Virus record (IMG/VR): IMGVR_UViG_3300023174_000033
Location: 186,001-250,000 of that record
Direction: 5' to 3' (one strand)
Length of the DNA: 64,000 bases
Shown here: in pieces, positions 38,244 through 48,478 of the stretch
Position numbering within the stretch: the first letter of the stretch is position 1
How the letters are laid out: every line of letters begins with the position of its first letter
Program-made: the position numbers and the translations under genes
The notes under the pieces: generated by a model
Seen by the model: the letters and a program-made list of their open reading frames with translations, nothing else
Told to the model about the DNA's origin: nothing
The model's database searches: none

Positions 38244-40802
38244 TTATCCAGAGCACGAAATGCAAGAATCTGGATCATCCAAGGAACAACTGATTTCAGA
38301 TAACATTTCTTCTTGTGTCTTAACTGCAACTTCTTCTTTCTGAACTGTGAACTTCACCGCATCGGCCGCAGACTTTGTCCTCAAGTAGTACATACCTGTT
38401 TTTAAGTTGTATTTATTGTCTCTGTAAAATTTTGGACTCCCATCTTTATCGTATGTAATTTCAATACCATCCCCATTTGGTATAATTGTCTCACCATTTG
38501 GACCGGATAAAAAGGATCTTCTTCCCCATCCATAAAAGTGCATTGAAGTTAGTTTAGCAAAGTTTACATTTTCCATGAAGATATTCATTGATTGTGTTTG
38601 GTCTATGAAAGCTCCTCTGTCAGCAGCTAGTTCAATCACATCTTTTTGTTTTACCTCCCAAACGGTTTTGAAAATCTCCTTTAGATTTGTTGGTATTTCT
38701 GGAATGTTTTGAACTGAACCATTTTGATTCATAATTTTTGATTTTATAGAATCTGTCCAAATACCTAATTTAACTAATTCTTTCACAAGATATTTGTTTA
38801 CACAAATAAATTCTCCAGATATAACACGCCTTACATAGAGATTTGAAGTTTGTGCTTCGCATGAAGCTTCATTTCCTAAAATTGATGCGGTTGATGCGGT
38901 TGGCATTATACAAGTTGTTAGTGAATTTCTAACACCCCACTTTTGAATGTCTTCTCTTAATTTTTTCCAATCCCATCTATCAGATGTGGTTGCTCCCCAT
39001 AAATCAAATTGAAATTTTCCTTGAGAGATTGGACTTCCTTGGTAAGTTGCATAAGCACCTTTTTCTTTTGCCAAATCACAAGACGCTCTCATTGATGCAA
39101 AGTAAATTGTTTCAAAAATCTGTTTGTTTAGAGATTTTGCTTCAGTTGAGTCGTAAGAAACACCAGTCAAGAAGAAAACATCTGCTAGACCTTGTACTCC
39201 CAATCCAATTGGTCTGTGTAGCACGTTTGAAAACTTTGCGGCCTTTGAGGGGTAGTAATTAACATCAATTACATTATTTAAATTTACAACTGCCTGATAA
39301 GTAACATCATAAAGTTTATTATAATTATAAGTCTTATTTTTATTTACAAACTTTGTTAAAGATATTGATGCTAGGTTACAAACAGCAGTTTCATTAACCA
39401 ACTCTTCTCCATAAAATTCACCAAGTCCTAAAGACTCCAAAAGTTCTTTATTGTTTAGAATCTCCTTCTGTGTTTTGGTCACACCAGTGGCTTCTACAAT
39501 TTCAGCACACAAATTAGATGATTTTATGATACCGATATTTTTTTGATTGGATTTTTCATTGATAGAATCTTTATAAAGAATATATGGTGTTCCTGTTTCA
39601 ATCTGTGATTCAAGAATCTTATTCCATAAGTCCCTAGCTTTCACAGTTTTTTTACCATACCCTCTTGATTCATAATCTAGATATAAAGTATTGAACTCAT
39701 CACCATAGGTTTCATTCAAACCAGGACATTCGTGTGGACACATTAAAGTCCAATCTTCATCCAAATCAACTCTTTTCATGAAAATGTCATTAGTCCAAAG
39801 TGCTAAAAATAAATCTCTAGCCCTCAATTCTTCCTTACCTTGATTTTTACGTAGATCTAAAAAATCATAAATATCAGCGTGCCAAGGCTCCAAATAAATC
39901 GCGATTGAGCCCTTACGCTTCCCACCACCTTGGTCAACCGCTCTTGCGGTCTCATTATAAATTTTTAGGAATGGGATAATACCATTTGAAGTGCCGTTAG
40001 TTCCAGCAATATAAGTATTCTTGGACCTTACTTTATTGAAGCTAATTCCAATACCCCCAGCATTTTTAGATATCTGTGCTGATTCTTTTAGTGTGTTGAA
40101 GATTCCCTCAATTGAATCATCTTCAACATCTAATAAGAAACAAGATGAAAGTTGGGGTCTATTAGTTCCAGAATTAAAAAGAGTAGGGGTGGCGTGTGTA
40201 TAGTATCCTTCCGAAAGAAGATTATAAGTTTCAACCACCTTTTCAATATTATCTCCCCAAATTTGGATAGCAGTCCTCATATACATATATTGAGGTCTTT
40301 CTGCTACTTTCCCATTTAGTTTCAGGAGATAACTTCTTTCTAACACCTTGTATCCGAAATAGTCAAAATTGTGATCTCTTGAGTGAACGATAGCTGAATT
40401 AAGTTGGTCCGCATATTTCATAACTAATTTATAAAATGATTCAGAAACTACTGGAGAGCTTTTTCTTGTTTTCGGATCAACGTAATTGAACAAGTCCTTC
40501 ACAGTTTCAGAGAAACTTTTTTTAGTTTCTTTGTGGAGAGAAGTGATGGCAATTCTCGCGGCGAGCGTTGCGTAATCAGGATGCTTAACAGTCAATGCGG
40601 CAGCTGTCTCCATTGAAAGTGTATCCAAAACTCTAGTTTCTATGTCTGGTGTGATTCCCTCAATAACTTTTTGAGCAACGTCAAAGGATTGGATCCACTT
40701 TGAATCAAGTCCATAAGTTTGTTGATTAATTCTATCCAATATTTTATCGAGCATTAGAGGCTCTTTTTTACCATTCCTTTTTGTTACTTTTATGTTCATC
40801 AT
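38244..40802 (-). CDS. nrdA: Class Ia ribonucleoside-diphosphate reductase alpha subunit with ATP cone
   Basis: VTKRNG ATP cone, ATPTLFNSG, LSSCFL, SNLCAEI, VCNLAS, MPTAST, KTGMYYLR, C-terminal CISCSG. Confidence 0.97.
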   Translation of the reverse strand: MMNIKVTKRNGKKEPLMLDKILDRINQQTYGLDSKWIQSFDVAQKVIEGITPDIETRVLDTLSMETAAALTVKHPDYATLAARIAITSLHKETKKSFSETVKDLFNYVDPKTRKSSPVVSESFYKLVMKYADQLNSAIVHSRDHNFDYFGYKVLERSYLLKLNGKVAERPQYMYMRTAIQIWGDNIEKVVETYNLLSEGYYTHATPTLFNSGTNRPQLSSCFLLDVEDDSIEGIFNTLKESAQISKNAGGIGISFNKVRSKNTYIAGTNGTSNGIIPFLKIYNETARAVDQGGGKRKGSIAIYLEPWHADIYDFLDLRKNQGKEELRARDLFLALWTNDIFMKRVDLDEDWTLMCPHECPGLNETYGDEFNTLYLDYESRGYGKKTVKARDLWNKILESQIETGTPYILYKDSINEKSNQKNIGIIKSSNLCAEIVEATGVTKTQKEILNNKELLESLGLGEFYGEELVNETAVCNLASISLTKFVNKNKTYNYNKLYDVTYQAVVNLNNVIDVNYYPSKAAKFSNVLHRPIGLGVQGLADVFFLTGVSYDSTEAKSLNKQIFETIYFASMRASCDLAKEKGAYATYQGSPISQGKFQFDLWGATTSDRWDWKKLREDIQKWGVRNSLTTCIMPTASTASILGNEASCEAQTSNLYVRRVISGEFICVNKYLVKELVKLGIWTDSIKSKIMNQNGSVQNIPEIPTNLKEIFKTVWEVKQKDVIELAADRGAFIDQTQSMNIFMENVNFAKLTSMHFYGWGRRSFLSGPNGETIIPNGDGIEITYDKDGSPKFYRDNKYNLKTGMYYLRTKSAADAVKFTVQKEEVAVKTQEEMLSEISCSLDDPDSCISCSG

Positions 40803-40908
40803 CTATAGCTTTTAATTTTTTCGTAAGAGTATATATATGGTCCGATTTTAAAGGTTTGTATCAGACCGAAAAAAATTTGAGATTTTTTATTGACCAAATA
40901 ATATTTTT

Positions 40909-41832
40909 TTATAAGAAGTCAATATTATTTAATTTGTTTAAATTATACTTAAATTTGGTGTTATTGAGTATTTGTGTAACATAATCTATGGTTATATCAT
41001 AGACCCTTTCATAAGAATCAACTCTGAATACATAACTCTCATAGTCAACTTCTACCACAACACCGGTTATGTGTATTGGATTTTCTAATTGATCAAAAGG
41101 ATCGGGGTGTAAAAATTCAATTTCTGTACCGATGTGAATATTTCTATTTCTTAATTCTTTTGAGTAGTGTTGTTTTCCAATATGATCTTGTAGTTCGGTA
41201 ATTATCATATTCCTCCATTTATTATCTAAAAGTTTAAACATATTAAATAAGTTATCGGAAAAGTAAACAGCTAATTCATTGAATAATTCAACATTTGTAA
41301 AATTGTCATCTTTGAGATTTGATTTGAGTAAGAAATAATAATGGTTGAAATCAGAACGGGACGGCTTTCTGCGATTATTCATGAAGTTTAAATCAGTCTT
41401 TTCTGCTAGAACTTCATAGACTCTCTCCTTAATTCTTTTTTCTTTAATATAATTTTCGTTATCAACTGATTCATGCCAGTAAATTGAAGATTTATCAACT
41501 TCAAATGTTTCATTGAAAGATCCAATGTTTTCATAGTGATCCTCTGTTAAGGGGTCTTCTTTTCTACCCTTGAATATTGAATCGTAATTTAAACTGTGTT
41601 TTTTGTGTATTGAATGTTTAGAGAAAACCGCATCATCCGTATTTGATTCACTTGAGATTTGTTCAACTTCTGATTTATCTTCAGTTTGAATTTCATCATC
41701 ATCTATAAATTCCTCTTCTATAATTTCATCGTCAACTTCTAAAATAATATCTTCAAAATCTTGTTCAGATTCTTCCGTGAAATTTTCTTCATTTTGAGGC
41801 TCATCTTCTAGGTTGAGTTCTTTGTTCTCCAT
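40909..41832 (-). CDS. Hypothetical protein with acidic N-terminus
   Basis: 307-aa ORF between the helicase and nrdA on the same strand. Confidence 0.55.
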   Translation of the reverse strand: MENKELNLEDEPQNEENFTEESEQDFEDIILEVDDEIIEEEFIDDDEIQTEDKSEVEQISSESNTDDAVFSKHSIHKKHSLNYDSIFKGRKEDPLTEDHYENIGSFNETFEVDKSSIYWHESVDNENYIKEKRIKERVYEVLAEKTDLNFMNNRRKPSRSDFNHYYFLLKSNLKDDNFTNVELFNELAVYFSDNLFNMFKLLDNKWRNMIITELQDHIGKQHYSKELRNRNIHIGTEIEFLHPDPFDQLENPIHITGVVVEVDYESYVFRVDSYERVYDITIDYVTQILNNTKFKYNLNKLNNIDFL

Positions 41833-41848
41833 CTTTACTTGTTTTTTT

Positions 41849-43183
41849 TTAAATATCTAAAAATTGATCATTTTCAAGTGTTAGATATGTTGGGTTCAAA
41901 TCCAACTTTACTTGGGATTTCAAAAAATCTCCATCCCTCTGTTTAAGCAATTTGAACCTATAAATATTCTGTCTTCTCATTTCTTCCGTTCTAATGATAC
42001 CAAAAAAAGTATCACAAGTTTCAACAATAGCCTTTGATTCTGGTACAGATTCTAAAGTTAAATCAGCAGAATTCCAAGCATCTTTAGCTAATTGAACCGC
42101 GGTAATGATGGGGAAGTTCCATTTGGCCGCTAAAGCTCTCAATCCCTCGGCTACATATTTTCCCTTTGTGTATAAATTATCACCACCAGAATTTCTAGGC
42201 AAAGCGATCAAAGCAATATAGTCTACAACCAATAAATGTATTTTTATACCTTTTTTCTCTTTGAGTTTTTGTATATAATTATCAATGTCAGATATCTGAA
42301 CTGTACCAGCTGCCCAAAATTTAGTTATTATTTTTCCTATTTTTTTATCAAATAAATCGGCACCTGAGGCAGACTTACTTAAAGAAGCAATTTTTTTCCT
42401 TATCATTTCAGTATCTTTTGATAATCTGTCATAATCATTAATTGGTATTGATAATCTCATTGATCCCAATCTTTTCATTACCTTTTTTTCAGACATTTCC
42501 AGCGTAACATATAATACATTATATCCCAAGTTAGCTGTTCTGACTGCAAAGTTTTGCATCCATAAACTTTTACCAGCATTAGACATTCCCATGATTATGT
42601 TAAGAGTTTGTACATCCCAACCTCCACCTAGTATATGATCTAAACTTGTGAATCCGGTTTGAACTTTGAACTTTGAGGAATCTTGTAAGTGTTGCTCGGG
42701 ATCGTCAAAATCAGATCCTAAATCTTCATCATCAGAAGCAAAGTCAGTTTTGGCCATGTTGTCAACAATAGTTCTTATTTTGTTAGCAGCTTCCATAACT
42801 TCATCAAATTCACTTATTTGATCCAAATTTCTAGTTTCGTCAATTATGTCAACGGTACCACTTTTTAATTTATTGGTCAGTATCCAAGCATTCATTTTTG
42901 GAACAATAAAATTCTTTTCGTCGTAGTCTAAAAGATTAACTGTCAGCATTGACTTTAAGATGTCTTTGGTTATCAAACCATCTTTATCTTCTAATTGAAC
43001 CATTTCCAAAATTTGTTTTGGGTGTGGAACTTCTGCTTCAGTATTTTTCTGAAAGTATTTCTTGATTATATTATAAACGAATTGAATCTCTTGATTTTTA
43101 TAAAATTGCGGTTCCACGATTGAAAAATATTTTTTATTTTTCAGAATGTAAGCGAAAAATATCTTTTCTAGGGAGATTGTCAT
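41849..43183 (-). CDS. Replicative DNA helicase, DnaB/T4 gp41-like
   Basis: Walker A GMSNAGKS, LYVTLEMSE, Walker B LLVVDY, AEGLRALA, TAVQL, K.R arginine finger. Confidence 0.9.
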   Translation of the reverse strand: MTISLEKIFFAYILKNKKYFSIVEPQFYKNQEIQFVYNIIKKYFQKNTEAEVPHPKQILEMVQLEDKDGLITKDILKSMLTVNLLDYDEKNFIVPKMNAWILTNKLKSGTVDIIDETRNLDQISEFDEVMEAANKIRTIVDNMAKTDFASDDEDLGSDFDDPEQHLQDSSKFKVQTGFTSLDHILGGGWDVQTLNIIMGMSNAGKSLWMQNFAVRTANLGYNVLYVTLEMSEKKVMKRLGSMRLSIPINDYDRLSKDTEMIRKKIASLSKSASGADLFDKKIGKIITKFWAAGTVQISDIDNYIQKLKEKKGIKIHLLVVDYIALIALPRNSGGDNLYTKGKYVAEGLRALAAKWNFPIITAVQLAKDAWNSADLTLESVPESKAIVETCDTFFGIIRTEEMRRQNIYRFKLLKQRDGDFLKSQVKLDLNPTYLTLENDQFLDI

Positions 43184-43254
43184 CGTATAAAAATTTGTAA
43201 AATATATACGAAGGAAAGTACATTAAGTTTAATAAATAGCGTTTTTGCATAGAC

Positions 43255-44004
43255 TTACTGTTCCTTGATCAATTTATTGCCGTCAGAGTCAATATGTCCT
43301 AAATCCTCAACATCAGACAGTATTGTATCCTTTGGAGATTTATTTTTGGTGTGATTTTTTATAAAGTCTAAAATAGTTTTACCTGATATAGTAGCAACGC
43401 CAGTAGCTAATGATATGAGATTTCCAGATAAGTTTTCTGGTGTTATGTGATAAGTTCCAACCAAAGAGGAAATTGCATTCATTACTGGTTGTAGGATTGC
43501 AGTGTAGGCAAACATATCAATAATATTATTTAAAGCAACCCCAAATAATTTTTGGAATTTTTTAATGAATAGAAATATTGATTGGAAACATTTTATCAAT
43601 TTATCAATTAATATTCTCGGATTTCCAAATTTCATTTGGATTTCCGCGTTCAACTTATGTTTAATATCCTCTGCCGGTATAGGTGGATTTCTGTTATTTT
43701 CCAAATAGATTATTGATAACATAGTTATGCAGAGTAAAACTATATCTTCTTGTGATGGTCTTATTTCCAATTCCATGTTTTCAATTAATTTGAAAACGAT
43801 CGGATACATTAATTTTACCCCAGTTCCAAAGGTTAACACTAAACTCATGTTGAATCCGAACTTATTAAGAATTGACTTTATTACATCAGAAAGATGATTT
43901 TCTTCACCAGATTCATGTAAAATTTCTGAATCTATCTCATTGAGAAAATTGTAAGCTATTTCTTGCCAATTTTGATAATCAGAAAATTTTAAAATATTAT
44001 TCAT
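43255..44004 (-). CDS. Hypothetical protein with hydrophobic helices and capsid-targeting-like leader
   Basis: Start moved to MNNILKFSDY (44004). Contains LNE/LHES sites and several hydrophobic segments. Confidence 0.5.
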   Translation of the reverse strand: MNNILKFSDYQNWQEIAYNFLNEIDSEILHESGEENHLSDVIKSILNKFGFNMSLVLTFGTGVKLMYPIVFKLIENMELEIRPSQEDIVLLCITMLSIIYLENNRNPPIPAEDIKHKLNAEIQMKFGNPRILIDKLIKCFQSIFLFIKKFQKLFGVALNNIIDMFAYTAILQPVMNAISSLVGTYHITPENLSGNLISLATGVATISGKTILDFIKNHTKNKSPKDTILSDVEDLGHIDSDGNKLIKEQ

Positions 44005-44073
44005 AGATATGAAATATATATAAAAAATCAAATTAAAATTTAATATATAATACAAATATTATAATTATTTCTT

Positions 44074-44586
44074 ATGAAACATCTTAAAACTTTTGAATTC
44101 TTCTCCTTTGGTCAACCAGATATGGGTAGAGAAGAAGACGACGATAACGTTTACCTCTCACATGAGTCTGAAGAGGAAATTACTGTACCACCTTTTGGAG
44201 AAGAAGAGGGAGAAGGATGTGAATCCTGTGGTTGTGAAGAATGTGAATGTGGTTCACCAAATTCTGGACAAATGGGATATCCAAATAAATGGTCTGGTGA
44301 AGAAGAGGAGGAGGAAGAAATGATGCCATCTGAAATGGAGATTATGAAATTCGAGGCAAAGAAAACCTCTAAAAAAGCTAAACCAGATTTCTTAGATTTA
44401 GATAAAGATGGTGATAAAAAAGAAACTATGAAGAAAGCTGCTGCTGATAAGAAGAAATCAGAGAAGGGTAAAGATTCAAAAGATGCTAAAAAAGATGAAA
44501 AGGCCCCAAAAGGTAAACTTTCAAAAGCACAGGAAAAACTACCACCGGCTCTAAAAAAGGCAATAGCTCAAGGAGTAAGAGATTAA
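44074..44586 (+). CDS. Low-complexity acidic/basic protein, probable head-internal protein
   Basis: MKHLKTFEFF leader, CESCGCEECEC cluster, KPDFLDLDKDGDKKETMKKAA motif, Lys-rich tail. Promoter at 44042..44049. Confidence 0.6.
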   Translation: MKHLKTFEFFSFGQPDMGREEDDDNVYLSHESEEEITVPPFGEEEGEGCESCGCEECECGSPNSGQMGYPNKWSGEEEEEEEMMPSEMEIMKFEAKKTSKKAKPDFLDLDKDGDKKETMKKAAADKKKSEKGKDSKDAKKDEKAPKGKLSKAQEKLPPALKKAIAQGVRD

Positions 44587-44589
44587 AAT

Positions 44590-44618
44590 AAAAAATCATC
44601 CTAAACGGATGATTTTTT
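44590..44618. terminator. Bidirectional intrinsic terminator
   Basis: aaaaaatcatcc-taaac-ggatgatttttt between convergent genes. Confidence 0.7.
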
Positions 44619-46277
44619 TTTCACATTAACATCTACTTTATTTATTGAGTCTAAAAACCACTTTGGAAAATAGTTTGAACTAAACCTTAACAAGTCGGAA
44701 AAAGACCCATCCAATATTATAGTATCCGCCCAATCAGTTTTACTCCTTATAGATCTACCACACATTTGTAAAAGACCAGCTACCGTCTTCCAAGAATACC
44801 ATTCTGGGTTATTCTTTTGCCTTAATTTGTTTTTCTGTGAATTTAAACTTGGATAGGGGATTTTTGAAATAACCTGAAACCTACTTTTTTCATGGTCAAA
44901 TGAAACCCCAGTGGCGACAGAAGGACTAACAAATACAAAAGGGTCTTTACTATCCATGTGTAGTTTAAGCATTTCATCTCTCGTTGAAGAATCGTGAAAT
45001 AAAAGTCTTGAATTCTCAACATCACGTTTTATCCATTCGGAAAGTTCAAACGAATTTGTGTGGATTATCCCTTTTTGCATCTCATACTTTTTTAATATCT
45101 TATGTAAGTAGGGAACATAATTTTTGAAAGTCTCTTCCTTTTTTGTAAAAGACATTTTGCCCAAAGGCATATAATAAACTTTACGGTTTTCTTGCTCAAA
45201 AGGTGAGTCAACTGAATAATAAACACTTCGGTCTGGATCAAGACCATTCAATTCTGAAAAGAGTTTTTTGTCCAAGATTGTCCCAGACATTAGAATTACC
45301 ACATCGTAATTGGACCAAACATATTTGTCCAAGTAATCATAAGCCCAAATTGGCTCAAGAGATAATTCTTTTTGTTTTGTTTTTTCGTTATAATTTGATT
45401 CTAAAACCCAATTATCTGGATTCGCATCATATTCCTTTAGAAAGATATCAATTTTGATTAGATATTGTTTCAAGTCTGAAATTATCTGCATCATTTTGAC
45501 ATCTTTGTTTGGACTATTTGTAAGAGTGGATATTTTTAGATCTCTTTTATCGGATGTTATATCTCTATTTGGGACCATTGAACCATCAATAGTTGCTATT
45601 GTAGTCTTTATTTCATTGTTGAAATATTTTAAAAACTCAATATAATTTTCAATTGACTTTACTTTTGATAGGGCTTTTACTATTTGATACTCATTGGTAA
45701 ATTTCAAACGCTTAACTAATGACTCTGTTATCTTGATTGTGATAAAGTCACTCATTACATCATCAAATTCATGACATTCGTCAACTATTAAAACGTTTGA
45801 TTCTCTTTGTTCAAACATTTTTTGATTATAGATTGCGTAAATAAGATATAGATGGAAATTTGTGAGACTAACTTTACCCCCCCAATACCCATTTTTTGAT
45901 TCATCATATGGGCAAAAATCACAAGTGGTTTTATTGAGACGATTAAATTCTTTACCATTCGAGCAAGATGTTGAATAAGATTTACAAGAGTAATTTTCTT
46001 TCCCCTTTAGATTTTTTATTGATTCGTATGTCACATCGTATTGGTCTTGTAGGATTTTACCAGCGGTTATAATATCAACCTTGGCACTCTTATCAACTTT
46101 TGATGTGTACCAATCTGAAATCATCATAGCCAAGTGGCTTTTTCCACTACCAACCGGCATATTCATCAAATAGAATTTCGTACTTGGTGATTCACTATGA
46201 GTCTTCATAATAAATTCTAGAGCCTCGTTCTGTTCAGCTCTTGGGGTATATTTGATAAGGTCTTTTTTTAACGACAT
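44601..46277 (-). CDS. DinG/YoaA/XPD-family Fe-S helicase
   Basis: Q motif PRAEQ, PVGSGKS, LQDQY, KG..NY.C with further Cys, DECH, MSGT, K.PYP, Q..GR.IRS..D......LD. Confidence 0.9.
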   Translation of the reverse strand: MSLKKDLIKYTPRAEQNEALEFIMKTHSESPSTKFYLMNMPVGSGKSHLAMMISDWYTSKVDKSAKVDIITAGKILQDQYDVTYESIKNLKGKENYSCKSYSTSCSNGKEFNRLNKTTCDFCPYDESKNGYWGGKVSLTNFHLYLIYAIYNQKMFEQRESNVLIVDECHEFDDVMSDFITIKITESLVKRLKFTNEYQIVKALSKVKSIENYIEFLKYFNNEIKTTIATIDGSMVPNRDITSDKRDLKISTLTNSPNKDVKMMQIISDLKQYLIKIDIFLKEYDANPDNWVLESNYNEKTKQKELSLEPIWAYDYLDKYVWSNYDVVILMSGTILDKKLFSELNGLDPDRSVYYSVDSPFEQENRKVYYMPLGKMSFTKKEETFKNYVPYLHKILKKYEMQKGIIHTNSFELSEWIKRDVENSRLLFHDSSTRDEMLKLHMDSKDPFVFVSPSVATGVSFDHEKSRFQVISKIPYPSLNSQKNKLRQKNNPEWYSWKTVAGLLQMCGRSIRSKTDWADTIILDGSFSDLLRFSSNYFPKWFLDSINKVDVNVKKKSSV

Positions 46278-46324
46278 AGTGGTTATATGTTTTTACTAAA
46301 TTTAGTTTTTGAATATATACTTGG

Positions 46325-46984
46325 ATGAAATATCTCAAGCTTTTTGAAAATTTTGGCACCAATGACACCCTTTATATCTTTGATTTTGATGATACATTGG
46401 TGGATACACCTAGTTTTGAAGAGTTGGCTATACAATATTTGACTGAAAGTCAGAACATTGGAGATTTGATAAAAAGATCTTTACAATTTGTTAATAAAGA
46501 ACAGAAAGACTTGAAGATTGAAAATGGTAGGATATACATTGAAGATCCAAATCAAACTATTGATCCAAAGGGTAATTGGGTTAGAAAGGGGTTGAGAGTT
46601 TATATGGTCACTCCAAACGTTTATCACTTTTTAGATATTTCACTACCGACAAAAGTAAAAGAACTTTCTGAACTATATAAACAAGTCCAAAATAAGTCAA
46701 TTGTAACAGGCAGAATGGTTGACTTGAAAGAAAAAGTAATAGAATCATTGGAAAAATTTGGATTAGAATTACCTAATCATGGTTTGTTTTGTTATCCATC
46801 AAAAGATGATAGAACAGATAGAGTTGCTGAATGGAAAGCTAAAACTATAGTTCAACTTCTAAAAGATACTGGGTTTAAAAAAGCTAAGTTCTATGATGAT
46901 AAACCAAAATGGGTTAAGAAAGTAGTAACAGCAGTAAGAACAGAATTACCAGAGGTTGAATTTGAAGGTATAAGAGTTCATTAA
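46325..46984 (+). CDS. HAD-superfamily phosphatase (RNA-repair-like HAD) with capsid-targeting-like leader
   Basis: FDFDDTL motif I, VTGR motif II, K motif III, FYDD motif IV. N-terminus MKYLKLFENF. Confidence 0.75.
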   Translation: MKYLKLFENFGTNDTLYIFDFDDTLVDTPSFEELAIQYLTESQNIGDLIKRSLQFVNKEQKDLKIENGRIYIEDPNQTIDPKGNWVRKGLRVYMVTPNVYHFLDISLPTKVKELSELYKQVQNKSIVTGRMVDLKEKVIESLEKFGLELPNHGLFCYPSKDDRTDRVAEWKAKTIVQLLKDTGFKKAKFYDDKPKWVKKVVTAVRTELPEVEFEGIRVH

Positions 46985-48474
46985 AGCTCTGCTTCCAAAG
47001 CTTTAATTTCATCCATGACTTTTTTCAATTCCTCTTTTTTCTGCATCATTATCTTTTTATTCTTTTTCCTATCTGAATAAACATCCTTTAACATTTTAAT
47101 AGTTGGTGAATTTCTTTTTCTGAAAACAACACCATTAACACAAACCACATGGTCATCTTTATCAATCTTAGCACCATTATCACAAAATTCAGGATTTTTT
47201 GGATCTCGTACTCCAATAAAATTCTCAGGAGCTATAAACCATTGAATTTGACTTGTTGGGTAAAGCGAAGCGAAGTCATACGTTACGCACCACTGGTTCA
47301 TACCAACAATTGGATCTTTTACCCAACCACCAGCAATACCAACATTTTCCTCAGTATTTTTCTCACCTTTAAAAAGTACTATATTTTCTTGTTCCCTAAA
47401 TCTATTTCTCAATACACCCTCGGTAATTGCCAGCGATGCAAGCGCATTATTCATTTGGGACACAACATCAACAATTTTTATTTGAGCGAGTGATGAAATC
47501 GCATAGATGATTGAGATATAATTTTTAGATTCGTGTATCTTTTGAACAAGAACTGAGTCAACCGCGTTATAGTACATAAATGTTTCAAAATCATCTTCAT
47601 ATAACTTTTGAAGTGAGCCGGCATATTTAATCTTTTCAACCCCCACCAACTTACTTGAAACAAAGTCAAGTGAAGAAGATTCTTTTACTTTAATAGTAGT
47701 ATCACACACTTCATAAAGTTGCATATAATCAAAAATCATTCTATGTGCTGGCATTTCATAATCGGTCATCCATACTTTATTCATTCTTTTTGTTAAGGAT
47801 GAAACAGCGGGGTCAATTTTATATTCCTTACCATTTACTACTTTTTTTAATTTCTTTGCCCTATTAACAAGATACAACCAGTCATAGTTTACAAAGTTCC
47901 ACCCTGTAATCATTGGCATTTTTGGGATCATTTTGTAAAAGAAATTATACATCATGTCAAATTCATCATCATATTTGATATATTTGAACTTGTAATCAGC
48001 ATTGAATTTCTTAAAATACTTATTTGTATTATCTTTTATTCTTTGCTGCATATCTTCGGGCATCTCCCTTAATCCAAGTAGTATGATTTTATCTTCATAA
48101 ACAATTGAAATTGATAAAACTTGAGTTGGGGCCGTTTCGGCATCTGGAAACCCATCAACAATCTCAGTTTCAATATCCACAAAATATATTTTAGGAGTAT
48201 TGTATTCAAATATTTCATTTTTTTCATCATCGGGTAGAGAATCCAAAAACTCATAAATTGAATATCTATCCGGATGGCTTACAGGTTCTAACTTAACTGA
48301 TTTACCATCCCACGATTTAAAGACTTTATGCCTATCGGAATCACTATCATCGCATATTACATACTTCATTGGATTATCCCAATTGTAATATTTCAATTTT
48401 ATATCTCCGGATTTGTCAACGTAACTTACGATTAGTTTTTTACTACTTGAAAGGTATTGGGTATCTACTAACAT
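46981..48474 (-). CDS. Family B DNA polymerase, N-terminal subunit only (3'-5' exonuclease, palm motif A, first finger helix)
   Basis: ExoI DIETE, ExoII GWNFVNYD, ExoIII YNAVD, motif A YDFASLYP. Ends before motif B (K...NS.YG) and motif C (YGDTDS). Confidence 0.85.
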   Translation of the reverse strand: MLVDTQYLSSSKKLIVSYVDKSGDIKLKYYNWDNPMKYVICDDSDSDRHKVFKSWDGKSVKLEPVSHPDRYSIYEFLDSLPDDEKNEIFEYNTPKIYFVDIETEIVDGFPDAETAPTQVLSISIVYEDKIILLGLREMPEDMQQRIKDNTNKYFKKFNADYKFKYIKYDDEFDMMYNFFYKMIPKMPMITGWNFVNYDWLYLVNRAKKLKKVVNGKEYKIDPAVSSLTKRMNKVWMTDYEMPAHRMIFDYMQLYEVCDTTIKVKESSSLDFVSSKLVGVEKIKYAGSLQKLYEDDFETFMYYNAVDSVLVQKIHESKNYISIIYAISSLAQIKIVDVVSQMNNALASLAITEGVLRNRFREQENIVLFKGEKNTEENVGIAGGWVKDPIVGMNQWCVTYDFASLYPTSQIQWFIAPENFIGVRDPKNPEFCDNGAKIDKDDHVVCVNGVVFRKRNSPTIKMLKDVYSDRKKNKKIMMQKKEELKKVMDEIKALEAEL

Positions 48475-48478
48475 TTTA

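Noticed and set aside
38244-40802. Inteins in NrdA, or a split intein at the end of the polymerase fragment
   Set aside because: The insertions are only ~30-40 aa and lack C/S...HN ends. The polymerase fragment ends in a plain helix.
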